Origin: Octopus sinensis
Taxonomy: Eukaryota
Length of the DNA stretch: 64,000 nt
Reading direction: 5' to 3'
Assembly (NCBI RefSeq): GCF_006345805.1
Contig: NC_043009.1
Location: 33,790,001-33,854,000 of the forward strand
The first letter of the stretch is position 1; every line of letters begins with the position of its first letter. The notes under the pieces were generated by a model. That model was not told where the DNA came from and ran no database searches. It was given only the letters and a program-made list of their open reading frames with translations. A program made the translations under genes and the position numbers. Below are positions 1 to 34,800 of this stretch, piece after piece.

Positions 1-174
1 AGAGAGAGAGAGAGAGCAGTTGCCATGTTTCATTCCATAGCAGCTTCCCCTGAAGAGTGCAGGGTTACATAATCGGATAGTTACCTAACACTCCGTTGAA
101 CCCCCTACTGCAAAACCGATTGGTAAGATCGACCATAATGGATATATAGTACTGTACACTTGGATAGGCAAGGT

Positions 175-430
175 GGCTGAGTTCCTTTTGAGTCTTGGGC
201 CTCACGGAGACAATGACTGAGACCTTTGGCATTATGTTGTGCTTGAGAAGAAGACCCATCAAGCTGAGTAAAATAGCAGTCATGGCAGATACTGGTGCCA
301 CGCAAATTGACACTCATGCTGGTGGCACGTAGATGCACCCTGATGTCACACAAATGGCACCTGTGCTGGTGGCATATAAAAGCACCCATTACAACTCACA
401 GAGTGGTTGGTGTTAAGAAGGGCATCAATT
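175..430 (+). mobile_element. RTE-clade LINE 3' fragment (ORF end plus 3' UTR)
   Basis: Same sequence as 27600-27980 (ggcctcacggaggcaatgaccgagacctttggc...; gtggcacataaaagcaccc...gtggttgg...aagggcatc). Confidence 0.6.
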
Positions 431-1460
431 TCATGTTCTGTTTGATCCCTACCAATAACACCAATGTATTTGAGTGGTCTTCTTCCTTTAATACGGTACA
501 GAAGTCTCCAAAACATAACATCTGATATGGCCTGTTATTCAGCTTGCTAGAAGTGACCAGGAAAGCTTACACTCTCACCTAACCATAGAAATTTACAACT
601 TTATGGCCCTTAACAGGATTTCACTTCACATTCATCCCAATCTAAAATGGAACCAAAACTGCTTCCTCAAAGGCAGGTCCTTGCTCTTATAAGAATTTTA
701 GAACTCAGATTCTTCAAGCAAATAGCATCAGTTGTATCTGGATTTCTTCAAAACATTTGTGTTAACAGAAAGGTTATGTTCCAGAACGAGTTTAACTCTG
801 GTACCCTTGATGAGATTCTCAAAGCCCTCACCATCATATCAGAACAGTCAGCAAAGCACAGATGGTTTAACAAAGGAGTTTCCATCAACAGCACCAATAA
901 TCTTTTAGGGAAACACTCTATCCCCTTTTTGTTTTTGTAACTCTAGTGGAACACATCTTTAGCCAGTCTTGACTTCATCCAAGACAGTGGCCTCATCTGT
1001 AGGTGCAAGACATCAGTGGAGAGTGTGTACCTATGATCTTGCCTTGCCCTCACAACTCATTGTGTGATGTGCAAAACTTAACATCTCTTGAGAATGCTGT
1101 AATCAAAATTGGTCTGTTATAATATACCTCTGTGTGTGTGTTTGTGTATGAGATAGAAAGGGTTCTCTTTAGTTTTGCTGAAAGTATGACCACCTCTTTT
1201 GTGTTGATGCCATGATAAAATAATAAACTTAGTACATCCTGTAAAGAGGTTGGTGATAGGAAGAGTGTCCAGCTGTAGAGAATATGCCCAAAATGGAACA
1301 CACACCAAAGGCATGGTCTCTGAATAGAATAGTTTATAGCATTGTACACATTATACACCCATGAATGCCGTAGCTTTTTACAGTCTATACATTATTCATA
1401 TCACTACATTTACATGATTACATTGTACACATGTATAAATCAGTTTAATAGTTTATTATA

Positions 1461-1614
1461 TGTGGGTGTGTGGTAAGAAGCTTGCTTCTCAACCACATGG
1501 TTCCAGGTTCAGTCCCACTGTATGACACCTTGGGCAAGTGTCTTCTACTATAGCCTCAGGCTGACCAAAGCCTTGGGAGTGGATTTAGATGGAAACTGAA
1601 AGAAACCTGTTTGG

Positions 1615-1654
<40 letters not shown>

Positions 1655-1750
1655 CAGTCCTACAGTCAATGTGTTTGACTAAAACCTTTCAAGGCGGTGC
1701 CCCAGCATGGCCACAGTCAAATGACTGAAACAAGTAAAAGAATAAAAGAT
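1461..1750 (+). mobile_element. tRNA-headed SINE, family A (internally deleted)
   Basis: A/B-box head (gtgtggtaagaagcttgc...ggttcagtccc), body, central (GT)n/(AT)n, tail gactgaaacaagtaaaagaataaaaga. Confidence 0.75.
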
Positions 1751-2004
1751 CTAATTTATTACATTGTACACATAAGTACTTTAGATTATTACATTCCACA
1801 CATCTAAACAGTAGAATTCAGATTAAATACTAACCAAAGGAGAGAAATAGAATAAGAGGAAACTGGTGATGGTTTGTATTAGGAAAGGTAGCTTATGAGA
1901 ATCTTGATAGACTTAAGAAATGTGGTTTTTCAAAGAATGATCACATCTGGAACACCACAAGTCATGGCACATAACCTTATATTTTGGTTTACAAGTTTTA
2001 TTAA

Positions 2005-2212
2005 TGCTTTAGCTTGGTTGTAACTGGCCCAAATGTTCTGCTTTATGTTTAAACCAACCAGATCCTGTCTTTCACACCTACCCTACAATGTCATTCTAAA
2101 AATAAACAATCATATCATCAACATCTCAAAGCTTTGAGAAAATGCATGATTCATTCGAAACAATGCGAATAAATAATCTTTACATTTGATAGAGGAATGT
2201 GAACGCTAACAT
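2005..2212. mobile_element. Decayed copy of the 210-bp TTAA MITE family
   Basis: Shares ctaccctacaatgtcattctaaaaataaac with the 19058 copy; degenerate left end TTAA-TGCTTTAGC. Confidence 0.55.
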
Positions 2213-2454
2213 TCATCAGCTGGTCTTTTAGCTGAACCAGCTAAACACAGACCATATGTCCACACCATTCAGTAAATACAAAATGAAACTTCTTCCATAC
2301 TGGCTTGTTTGCTGTCTCTAATAAGGAATTAAGACTGTGATGAATGGGCTGGTTTACTTAACAGTACCATTAGAACTTTCAATGATATGGGAGAACATGA
2401 AGGATGGCATGTCAGAAGTAACATGTCTGGAATGTCATGTTACATTTCAGCCAT

Positions 2455-3190
2455 AGGCTCAGGTGTGGCTGTGGTAAAAGATTTGCTTTCCATCCACATG
2501 ATTTGGAGTTCAGTCTCATTGAATGGCACCTTGGGCAACAAGTCGTTTAGCGTCCGCTTTCCATGCTGGCATGGGTTGGACGGTTCAACTGGGGTCTGGG
2601 AAGCCAGAAGGCTGCACCAGACTCCAGTCCGATCTGGCAGTGTTTCTACGGCTGGATGCCCTTCCTAATGCCAACTACTCCATGAGTGTAGTAGGTGCTT
2701 TTTATCTGCCACTGGCACAGGTGCCGGATGGGGCTGGCAAACGGCCACGAATGGATGGTACTTTTTACATGCCATCGGCACAGGTGCCAGGCGAGGCTGG
2801 CAACGGCCACGATCGGATGGTGCTTTTTACGTTCCACTGGCACGGGGGCCAGTCAGGGCGGCGCTGGCAATGGCCACGTTCAGATGGTTCGGTCTGGAAT
2901 AGCACTGGGCCAACCAAAATCTTGTGAGTGGATTTCTTAGATGCAAACCAAAAGAAACTCATCGTATATTTGTGTGTGTGTGAGCATGTCTTTGTGTTTG
3001 TCCCCTCCCACTGCTTGACAGCCAGTGTTGGTGTATTTACATCCCCATAACTCAGCGGTTTGGCAAAAGAGACTGATAGAGTAAGAGCCAGGCTTATAAA
3101 ACAGAATAAGTACTGGCATTGATTCACTTGACTAAAATGCTTCACGGTGGTGCTCCAGCATGGCCACAGTCGACTGAAACAAGTAAGACT
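2455..3190 (+). mobile_element. Family A SINE interrupted by an antisense RTE 3'-tail fragment (about 2541-2896)
   Basis: SINE head 2455-2540; RTE tail reverse complement; SINE resumes at atagcactgggccaacc and ends gactgaaacaagtaa. Confidence 0.7.
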
Positions 3191-3361
3191 AATAGTTTGC
3201 ATAGCAGTGTGTGTGTGTGATCCTCTAGACTGGACTGAAGTAGATGTTGTTTATGTTGAGGGCAGAATTGGAGGGGTTTCCCCTGAAATGGACAAATGGG
3301 GAGACTTAATGTGTTGCACTTTGGGTTACTCTTCTGATGCAATAATAAGTTTGCTTGAGAT

Positions 3362-3718
3362 GTAGGTGCAAGCATGGCCTTGTGGTTAGGGAGCTTGCCT
3401 TACAAGCGTGTGGTTTCATGTTCAGTCCCTCTGTATGGAACTTTAGGCAAGTGTCTTACACAATAGCCCAGGGCCGGCCAAAGCTTTGTGAGTGAATTGG
3501 GCTGATGGAAACTGTATGGAAGCCTATCGTAGATCTGTGTTTGTTCACCACACACGCATACAGCTTGTTAACCAGTGCTGGTTTGTTTATGTCCTTATAA
3601 CTTAGTGGTTCAGCAAAAAGGACCAGTACAATAAGTACCAGACTTCAAAAAAAGTCAGTTTTCAGGTGGTGGTGGTGGTTCAGCATGGCTGCACTCCAAT
3701 AAATGAAATAAATAAAAC
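3362..3718 (+). mobile_element. Family A SINE (older)
   Basis: Recognisable head, body and tail; diverged. Confidence 0.7.
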
Positions 3719-3914
3719 CTAAAGGTATCTGTGTGCATGTGTGTGTGTGTGTTTATACATAGCTAAATTTTCAATTTCTCTTCTTCACTGGAATTGTAAA
3801 GAACATCCATGATAAATTCTTGGCACTTTGCAATAAATTTTACACTTCTCTGAATAGTGTCACTTCCCTAGTAAATGTGCTGTTGTTGTTAAACCAGCAT
3901 TAATCTTAATTGTA

Positions 3915-3957
<43 letters not shown>

Positions 3958-4268
3958 GGCAAGCTGCTGAAAAGTGCAACCAGTTGTTGAACGATGACAG
4001 GAATATCATAAAAGGGACCTGTTTCTTTTGTCAGTTTGCAGCATCTGCCTTTCTGGTCTCTGCAGCTAAAGACAAGATAACCACTCTGAAATGCATGCAT
4101 CCTACAGTCTGGTTAGGGCCTGAGGTGAACCGATTTGGTGTATTTACACTTATTTGTCTACAGCAAGAAGTTTTCTCCATGACAAATTACAGTGAATGGT
4201 TATCTTATGGGTTTGAATGTATCTCAAGCATTTATGAACTGGTCACTGCTTAGCATTGTCACCCTGTA

Positions 4269-4387
4269 CATCCATCCATCCATCCATCCATCCATCCATC
4301 TTTTCATCCATCCATCCATCTATCTATCCATCTATCTATCCATCCATCCATCTATCCATCTATCTATCTATCCATCCATCCATCCAT
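4269..4387. repeat. Compound (CCAT)n/(CTAT)n microsatellite
   Basis: Direct inspection. Confidence 0.95.
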
Positions 4388-5648
4388 TCAAACCAACCCA
4401 CACACAGTTGTGTGTATGTGTATAATGTCTAAGCATGTTGTAGCTTGATACATTAAGGAAGTACTCAATACCCACATTAACTTAATTATTCTTCATAATT
4501 AATAATTTTAACAAACTCAATAATTCTGATTTTCTCAAAGGACTCTGAATAAGAAACTCAAAACTGTAAGAATTTATCCAAACGGGCCAGGCAAAAATCA
4601 ACTGCATTAACCCCGCCCAATGTTTCTACATCAAACTCCATGTGGCCCTTGGGCTCAGTCCTCCTCCTCCTGTTGCTGCTGCCTTGTATTCTAACAGTTC
4701 AAAAAAAAAAAATGTTTGAAATTTCAAAGCAGCCATTAGCCAACCAATGAACAGCTGTGAACCCACATTTGGCAGTTGTTTAGCTACTGCTGCTGGTAGC
4801 AGCAGCAGCAGTGGTGGTGGTGGTGCTGATGACATTGGAGCAGTGATGATGATGGTTAAGAGAAACTAGGTGTCTTTGTATAATCCTTATCATATCATCT
4901 TACAGAAATAACTGCCTACTGTTATTGCTGCTGACAGCAATTACGTTATCAGTTTTTTAATGTCATATTTGTAGATTGGAGTAAACATTTCTGATTTATG
5001 GATTCAAAAATATCTTTTGTTTTTCTCTTTAACCGTTTGCAACCGTTGAATCCTCTCATTTGCACTCTCTCTCTATAATCTGGATAATAAAAACAAAACG
5101 AAACAGAACAATCTCTGTTTATATTGTCTGAACATTTCAATTAAATTTTATTAGTGTTACCGCCTTTTCTTGATTATTTTAGATTTCAAATACTTCTAGA
5201 GGGAGTTTTTGCCAACTAATTGCTTGGATAATCTCAGCCTATGTTACATAGGTGCAACCATGGCTGTGTGGTTAGATGGTTTTAGGGGACTGAACCTTGA
5301 GCAAGTGTCTTCCTTTGGCCCTGGGCTAAAGATGTGTCAATAGATTTGGATAACTGAAAGAAATCCATTGTATATGTGTGTATATGTATATATATATATG
5401 TAGTGGAGGCGTGTGGCCTAGTGGTTAAGATGTTGGACTCCTGAGCATAAGTTTGTGGTTTTAATTCCTGGACTGGGCAGTGCATTGTGTTCTTCAGCAA
5501 AACACTTCATTTCACTCAGTTGGCAATAATGAGTAATTCTGCGATGGGTCAGCATCCCGTCCGGGTGGGGAATATACACACCACTGAAACCAGGAAACTG
5601 GCCGTCAAGAGCCTGGCATGGCTCCAGAGGGAAACATTTACTATATAT

Positions 5649-6055
5649 AGGCGCAGGAGTGGCTGTGTGGTAAGTAGCTTGCTTACTAACCACATGGTTC
5701 TGGGTTCATTCCCACTGCGTGGCACTTGGGCAAGTGTCTTCTACTATAGCCTCGGGTTGACGAAAGCCTTGCAGGTGGATTTGGATGACGGAAACTGAAA
5801 GAGCCTGTCGTATGTATATATATATATATATATATCTTATGTGTGTGTGTGTGTTTATATGTTTGTGCCTGTGTTTATCCCCCCAACATTGCTTGACAAC
5901 CAATGTTGGTGTGTTTATGTCCCCATAACTTAGCAGTTTAGCAAAAGAGACTGATAGAATAAGTACTAGGCTTACAAAGAATAAGTCCTGGGGTCGATTT
6001 GCTCGACTAAAGATGGTGCTCCAGCATGGCCAGTCAAATGACTGAAACAAAAGAA
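5649..6055 (+). mobile_element. Family A SINE, near full length
   Basis: ggcgcaggagtggctgtgtggtaag...ggttcattccc head, central (AT)/(GT) microsatellite, complete 3' half. Confidence 0.85.
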
Positions 6056-6065
6056 TATATAAATG

Positions 6066-6121
<56 letters not shown>

Positions 6122-6349
6122 ATATATATATATAATATATATAATGTGAGCAGGTCTTTGTGTGTTTGTGCCTACTTGTTTTGATATTGCACAATAGTTA
6201 TGAGTTTTGTACTAAAGCCATATGAGAACAGGATATGGGGTTATTTTTTTCGCCTGCAATTTTCAAACTAAACTGGAGTTAAATTCTTTGAATAAGAAGC
6301 ACATGATCTGATGAAGTATTTTATAGTGCAAAGCTATTTGTAGCCAAAC

Positions 6350-6942
6350 TCCCATGGCTATGTGGTAAGAAGTTTTCTCCCCAACCACATGATTCCAGGT
6401 TCAGTCCCATAGGCGCAGGTGTGCCTGTGTGGTAAGAGGCTTGCTTTCCAACCACATGGTTCTGGGTTCAGTCCCATAGGCACAGGTGTGCCTGTGTGGT
6501 AAGAAGCTTTCTCCCCAACCACATGGTTCTGGGTTCAACCCCATAGGTGCAGGTGTATCTGTGTGGTAAGGAGCTTGCTTTCCAGCCACATGGTTCTGGG
6601 TTCAGTCCCACTGCGTGGCACTTTGGACGAGTGTCTTCTGCTATAGCCAATCTGACCAAAACCTTCTGAGTAGATTTGGTAGATGGAAACTGAAAGAAGC
6701 CTATTGTATATATTTATGCATATATACATCTGTGTGTTTGTCCCCCCTCCCCTTACCACTTGAGAACTGGTGTTGGTGTGTTTACATCCTTGTAGCTTAG
6801 CGGTTCAGCAAAAGAGACAAATAAAATAAGTACCAGGCTTAAACAATGAGGAGTGGGGTCGATCCATTTGCTTAAAAATTTAAGGTGATGCCCCAGCATG
6901 GCCACAGTCTAGTGACTGAAACAGGTAGAAGATAAAAGATGA
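6350..6942 (+). mobile_element. Family A SINE with four tandem 67-bp tRNA-like heads
   Basis: tgtggtaag at 6361, 6428, 6495, 6562 (period 67); the last unit continues into the SINE body. Confidence 0.85.
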
Positions 6943-7488
6943 AATAAAGTTCCTTGCTCAATGATACAATAATTCCAGGAAAGCAATTATCAAAGTTGTA
7001 ACAATTTGATTGAAAACAAAGTTGGGACAGGAACATCACCTTGCTCCACTCTGTAATCAACAACCATTGGAAACGATAGTTTACCTCTGAAATTTGCTCT
7101 TGCTTTTGTACCATCATGGAACTGTATGAAAAAGGTTGACTTTGTTGACCTTTCCTCGTACTATCCTTACTACCTTCCTGCAAACTGTGTCAAAAACTTT
7201 CATAAAAACCTATTGATCGACTCACTTCAATACATTTTCCATGTAATTACAGCCCAGTAAAAACTGATGCCTTAGCATCCGTTTTTTCCTAATCAAAGCC
7301 ATATTGGATTTCTGATAATAAAGGGACAAACATGGACGAAGAATTCCATTTAGAGGAACATACATGTGTGCTTGCATGCATTCATAGAATGTTAGAGTAT
7401 ATAAAATAATGACCAAGTAAATATGATGTTAGACCATCTGCTGATATTTCCTTATGTTTCTGAGCAGATCCCTTTATTCTAGACTAGT

Positions 7489-8100
7489 TGAATGACCCGT
7501 CGTTGCCAGGCAATTTTTGCAACAGAATGCCTTATATAGATTTTTGTTTATTCCATATCAGACCATGCTTTCCCTGACAGATAGGCCTCTTGGTCAGGAC
7601 AGATTTGTGCAATTTTTCGTGAAAAAACTTTGTTGAGGATTTTTGAATTATTTACATGTCAGCTTGACTTTTTCGTATGACTTTATTCATTAAAACTTCA
7701 GAAGTTTTTACATCTTTGGTTTGTCATAATGCTTTGCTTTCATTTGTTTAATTAAAAAATTCCTCCTTGTAATGATTTTGCTTTCATTTTGTGATAGCTA
7801 TCATGCAGAAAATGCAAGCTTCCAAATCCTGTTTTCAAATTAGGTAAAATTGATTAAACTTTTCTGAAATTTTTCTGGAACAAATAAATAACAAAATCGG
7901 ATTTAATGTGGAGAATTATTTCAATATACCAAATTTGAAAATTTTGATATAATTTTAAAATTTCACAATATGTGACAGCAACAGAGAAGACCCTACAAAA
8001 GTAGGGAGACAGACAATTATAGGGCATGACATACACACACACATTTACAAATGAACACACAGGGAATCACAAGTTTAAAATGGTGTATAGTAGACATAGA
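7489..8100 (+). mobile_element. Possible non-autonomous Helitron-like element
   Basis: Start actagttgaatgacccgtcgttgcc and end tatagtagacatagat resemble invertebrate Helitron termini from recall; part of it recurs near 11770-11805. Confidence 0.3.
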
Positions 8101-8504
8101 TATATATGTGTGTGTGTGTGTTTGTCTATGTTTCTTTGTGATGGACAGCAGAAGAGCCACTTACCCCCTCTCTCAAAGCTACATATTCCTCATACCTCTC
8201 TTTCCCTTCCTTGTCATTTTAAAAGTTAGTGTGTATGCATGGATCTATGTATTTACAAAAGTATGTATGTAGCATTGCATGTATATCCATGAACAACAGC
8301 TGCATTAATGTTATCATCCCACTGCCACTCCATATATGTTGCTTACACAATGCTGTTCTCCCCTACCCTGATATCAGCAACACTCACTATGCCACCACAT
8401 TTCCCTCAGACTAACACTCTTGCACTCTGAGGATCCTCTGATACCCAAGAGACCATTAATGTTCCACTTAAACTACTGCAAGTTGATAACTGCAGGGAAA
8501 ACAT

Positions 8505-8862
8505 AAGTGTGGCTATGTGGTAAGAAGTTTGCTTCCCAATCATATGGTTCCAGGTTCAGTCCCACTGCGTGACACCTTGACCATGTGTCTTCTGGCCAGT
8601 TAAAGCCTTGTGAATGGATTTGGTAGATGGAAACTGAAAGAAGCCTGTCGTATATAGATCTCTGTGTATGTTTTTGTGTCTGTGTTTGTCTGTCACTTGA
8701 CAACTTGTGTTGGTGTGTTTACAACCCCATGACTTAGTGGTTTTGCAAAAGAGACTGATGGAATAGGTACTATGTTTTAAAATAAAAGTACTGGGGCTGA
8801 TTGGATCAAGTAAAAGATTCTTCATGGTTGTACCCCAGCATGGCCACAGTCTAATGACTGAA
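8505..8862 (+). mobile_element. Family A SINE
   Basis: Head, body and tail as in the 5649 copy. Confidence 0.8.
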
Positions 8863-9343
8863 ACAGATAGCTGTATTGTGACAATTCTAGATGGCAATAT
8901 TGAGGTGAAAAGAATGAGGAGAGTGCAGCCAGGTGGGGTGGGGGGGATTGACAAAGTATGCGTGATGAAAGGAGGAGAGACGAGAAAGGAGTGCCCAAAT
9001 GGAGGTAGCAGAGGGACAGCCAGCTTTGAGGAGCAGAGGCCATTATAGTAGTGCTAGGAATGGCAGAGGGAGAGGACACAGCACATCTATAAGCCAGAAT
9101 GATATCATACTAATCAATTTTTGTGGTATTTCCTTACAGATGTGGGAGCAGCATTCACCACTGTGGGTTCCAGTTTTGTATGTTGAAATTTGTGCTAAAA
9201 TTCTTTCACCTCTTCACCATTCTTACAATGTCTAACAATTACCATTGTCTCTGCAGATTTAACAAATCTTATTTCTCTTTCTTTCAGTGATCACCTCCAT
9301 ATTACTCTAGTCTGGACCATTCCTGATAAACAATTTACCAATC

Positions 9344-29982
<20,639 letters not shown>

Positions 29983-31769
29983 CTTGTAATTCAAATTCTG
30001 CAAACTTTGTGAAGAATTTACCATTAATGTTTCCTTGGTTGTTGGAATTAGGGCGATTGTTGTGTGTTTGTATCTTCTGATTGCTGCATGTTTATAAATT
30101 TTTATCTAAACCCCTGAAATATCTAAATGTCATATCAATTTGGGGTTTTTAGCTTATTGCATTATTTTCAGCTTATTTTTTTTTTTTAATTTTCAATTCT
30201 GAGTTATGTTTTCAAACCTACTATTTTTGTGAGTGCATGATGAGGTTTCTCTATGGTCATTCAACTGGCTAGTAATAGCAGTCAGATCTCTCAATTTACA
30301 CTTAAACTCTTCTTTCCTAAAATGGTCGGGTATAGGTCAGCTCAATCAAGGTTCACCTTGGACTATACAAGATCAATGACAGCTTATTGTATAATCTGTG
30401 TATATTTTCTGTTCTATACTGACCATATCTCTCTTTCTGCCAAACTTGGTAGGAACATTTTATTTGCCTCTAATATAGAAATATAATTCTAGTTTGAGTC
30501 TCTTAAAAGAAAAAACAGTTCACAATTATAAATATTTCAGCAATTAGTGGAATTAATGAATAGTTCAATTAAAATTGTTTTATGATAAGCTTCAGAGATA
30601 ACAAGAGCTCAGCTATAGCTTAGATGTAAAGTTATTAAACCTCTTTTACTGAGGGCTGCAAAAACTGAAGTTTTACTGTGACTCGGGCATTCAATAACCA
30701 ATTCATGTTAATACATTGCCAAAGCAATGTCCCAGCAACTGTCGCTGAAATGACTGAATATTATTTGTTATTAATTATCCAGGATTGTAATTGAAAATAA
30801 TTCAATAGACTGGAGTTTAATTTCTGTTTTCAAGTCATTGAGCAAAACTGAGTCACCCACCTCCTATTCTAATTTGTGGGTCCTCTTTATGAATATATTC
30901 AGACATTTTTCTTTTAGATAAAAAAAACAAAACAAAATACTGAACAGTCCACACACAGTTCTTCTTGTTTTGTTCTTGGCTTCCTTGTCCATGGTACCTA
31001 TTCTACAGCTAGTTGGACTGAGCCAGTGAAATGTCTTGTCTTTATATGGTTGCAGCTCTGATTCTTATATAATATTGGATTGAAATTAGTTTAGTTATGT
31101 AGGTTAGAGACTATTTTATTATTTTTATGTTTTGAGAAAAATATTTTATATTTTCTCTTTTTGTTTCAAAAAGTTTTATATTTGTTGATAGTGACATTAT
31201 TGATCAGTTAATGATGTCTACAGATATCACAGTGAAAGTTTCAGCTTTAAACTCATGAGTCTGGGATTAATTCTAATAGTTTGGTTAACCATTTCCATTC
31301 AAATCCCAGTCATCATAGAAAAGTGTTCTTTAAACCTATTTTGAAAAACCTATTAAAAAGTTTTTACTTTTTGTACAATATCCCAAGTGCATGCACACAC
31401 ACACTCTACTTTTAGTTTTTTTCTGAAGCTGTCCATAAGCAACAAGAGAATGATAAAGTTGCTTGAATAAAATCTTAGATCCAGGTATGTAAAAACAGTT
31501 TTACCTTACATATCACAAACATTACATACTTGGAACATAAAGAAAGGGGTCTGGGCACTTCAGGCTTCTGGACCACAAAATGAACAAAAAGTCTTTGTGT
31601 GTCTCTACACATACCTACACATTTTAATTCTAACACATACATACACCATTTTTCTTTCACACTTAAATACAGAAATATAATTGGAGAAAAGAAAACATTG
31701 ATTCCATGATAGCCAAGATGTGTGGCTTTCTATTAGTTTTCTAATTCTCACAGAGTTTGTATACACCCA

Positions 31770-31805
<36 letters not shown>

Positions 31806-34800
31806 CATGAAGTATTTTGTTTCTCACAAAATACAGGAAACATTAATCTTTTTTTCAAATTCTAGTCCTGGTTGTGTTTTATATATATTATACACATACA
31901 CACATGTGGTATGTATGTATGTGATTCATTATTTTTTTCTTGTAAAAATATTATCAGCTTTATTAATAATACTGAGAAGATAACATTGTTTAGATTTATA
32001 TTTAAGAAACTTGTGCTAACAATTGTATAATTACTTTTTTCAAAGTTATCTCTACAGAGTTTCTTTAGAAATTAAAACCAGTACTGAAAATGATCGAATA
32101 GCACTGCTAACACAGGAAGGATACAGTATTGACTTAAAAAGCTTATGGTTGCATAACAAAATACAGTGTCCTGACCAGCAATTATATAATTATGATTATA
32201 AATATGGATAGATTTCAGAGTAATGGTTGTCTTTAATTGATATGACAATTAACAAACCATTGTTAACAATAGTAAACATATTACAATTAACACAATTATT
32301 AATTGCTATATTGAAACTACTAATAATAGTTTTAATTAAGAACAAGCACTATAGCACTTAAAAAGAAAAAAAAGTGTCACATATGTGGTCTTTTGATCTG
32401 CTAGAAATAGCAACTAAATCTGTCTTTAATCACAATCCACTGTCTTATAAATAGAAGGATGGACATTAGATAATGTAGTCTTAAATAGTACTGAAAAGTT
32501 CGGATGGTCATGCCAGGAATGGGTTTGACCATGACTCTACTTGATGGTTGTTAACCTGGAGCTAAAAATAACACAAAAAATACTACAAAGAAGTATTACA
32601 GTATTAAGACCATTATCAAGACCTCTTTTACACTAGTAACATCATTACTAAGTATTCTGTGACACAAGTAACAATGTTACAAAGGGCTTTGTTACACAAG
32701 TGACTTAGTTTCTTAAAAGTTATGTTACAGTAAACCCTGTCACTTCATACAACAACTAGTAAAATCAGAAGAGTGATGATTTAGAGGCTGCCAATGTGTT
32801 AAATTTGCCTCTGGTCAATAAAATCAGTACCAGTCATGAACTGGGGTCAATCATGTTATTATTCCTCCCTTCAAAATTTGTCACTCTCTGCTTATCAAAA
32901 TGCTATTCTGTAAATATTCTATAAATGCTGCTGTTATTAGACATAGTATAGCCTTAGTATCAGTTACTAAACAGCACTCTACAGTTAGTACTACTATTAT
33001 CATTATCATTAGCCACAGTAGAGCTTCTAAACAGGACCCTTGCCATTACTGCAATAAACATATCACTGTTACTAAACAGAACATTCATACGTTTTCTTTT
33101 AATACTCTCCCTAACAGATGTTCAAAATTATCATTTCCCAATACTTGGAATAATATTTCAGGACATTTCTAATGTTTAAATGAAAACCTTGAAACGGTTG
33201 CTATTTTTGTTTGTAAATATCACCGTGTAAATACTAAAACAAACATTCAAATGTTCCAAATGTGACCTTTTACTATCATCACATTTTCTAGCAACCCTTT
33301 TCCTTGATTGCATGAATGCTGATCATCTCCTCCCTCCCCCTCATGTACTGCAGAATAAATCTATAGATTTCAGTTGGATGCGGGTAGTCAGTTGCTGATG
33401 AAATCTCAAATATTGAAAGGAGTTCAGCTGATCCTTTTTTTACTGTCCAGATGAGATTGTATAAAAAGACAGTCATTTTTGACTGTCCAGTGTAATTATG
33501 TTTAAATTATTTACACAGTGTTTGTTGAAATCTGTGAATTTATTTTGTAGTACATTATCATTCCAAAAATGAACAGTAACAGGTCTCGCATACACACGCA
33601 CATATAAGAGAAAAAGAACATGGCCATTGACTTGGTGCTCTTTAATTCATCTGTAACATATGTTTCAGGATGTGCCACATGATGTCTCACTATAGGTGCA
33701 ATCAATAGATGTACCTAGAACCCCTACATTTCATTTGATATTCAGTGCTATGTCTTACAATATTATCTTTATCATCATCTTTTCATCTATTCTCCATGAT
33801 TACCATTAATTTTGCTTCCCCTAGCAGTATAATAATCATTCACAATTCAAACATTTATTTTAATGAAATAATTTTTTGGCCCATCTACAAAATAGAAATG
33901 TTATATATTGTACAAATTAAAAATTATGTTTGTATCTTTTGAAGTCTTTGCCTAATTCTTGTGTCGTTCCTTTACTACCAGAAATCTCAGTCTCTGACTA
34001 CAAAGTTGTGCAGCATAAAACAAGGTTGCTACAGAGATGGAGTGACCATTTGAGAATTCCATTTCAGTTCTGACCAATTGCTGTAATCTTCATGTCATGG
34101 GTAAAGTGTCAGCCTCTGGGTGAAGTAGTTGTGATCTTCATTCATTTCCCTATCTTATGTTAGTCAAGGTGCTGAACTGATCTCTTAATGGCTGAGTCTC
34201 AGTTGCAAGGGTAATTCCTGTGGACCTTTTTTAAGGCATCCAAGACTTGTGACAGGAAGTTATCCTCAGAAGAGAGACTTGGCCTCAACATGGCAACAGA
34301 ATGGGCTCAACTAATGGCCAAGTGATGGCAGTAGGGGATAACAATGGATTCAGCTAATGGCCAAAGAGTAGTATCAAAGTAGGTGATGACAGAATAGACT
34401 TCACTAAACGATAGTGGAGTCTGCTGAAAGCAACTATCCAAAGAACGAGGTGATGGTATTAAGATTAAGTCCATCACCCAAGAACAGGAATGGTCCACTG
34501 ACGGACTTCCATACAATTTTTGTTTACTTAGTTCCAACCACAAGTGTTTGGTTCACCCAAAACTTAGAAGGTACTTGCAGTGGAATTGAACCATAAAAAT
34601 TCCAAGACAGAAGGGAATGATAGGGGTGCCAGACTATTTGTTCTGTATCACGGTATAGGAATAATTATGAAGCCATTCACCATTTTCTTCTTGTATCCAG
34701 AAGTTAGTGGAGGAGGTATCTTCTATGATGGTGACCAAGGAATAATTTGAACTCGGCACTGCAAGCTAACAAAAACATTAGTCAATTAACAGTGGCCCTA

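Noticed and set aside
647-940. 97-aa plus-strand ORF
   Set aside because: No recognisable domain or donor site; a stop-containing minus-strand frame loosely resembles a LINE endonuclease, so it is more likely a TE fossil. Not confirmed.
2387-3202. Cluster of overlapping 65-145 aa ORFs, with near-identical ORFs at 52114-52783 and 23085-23521
   Set aside because: All derive from SINE and RTE 3' UTR sequence; the similarity reflects the repeat, not a gene family.
4626-4835. ORF with PPPP/LLLLL suggesting a signal peptide or the missing FH1
   Set aside because: Wrong strand for the formin, upstream of its start, and built from (GGT)/(CAG) microsatellites.
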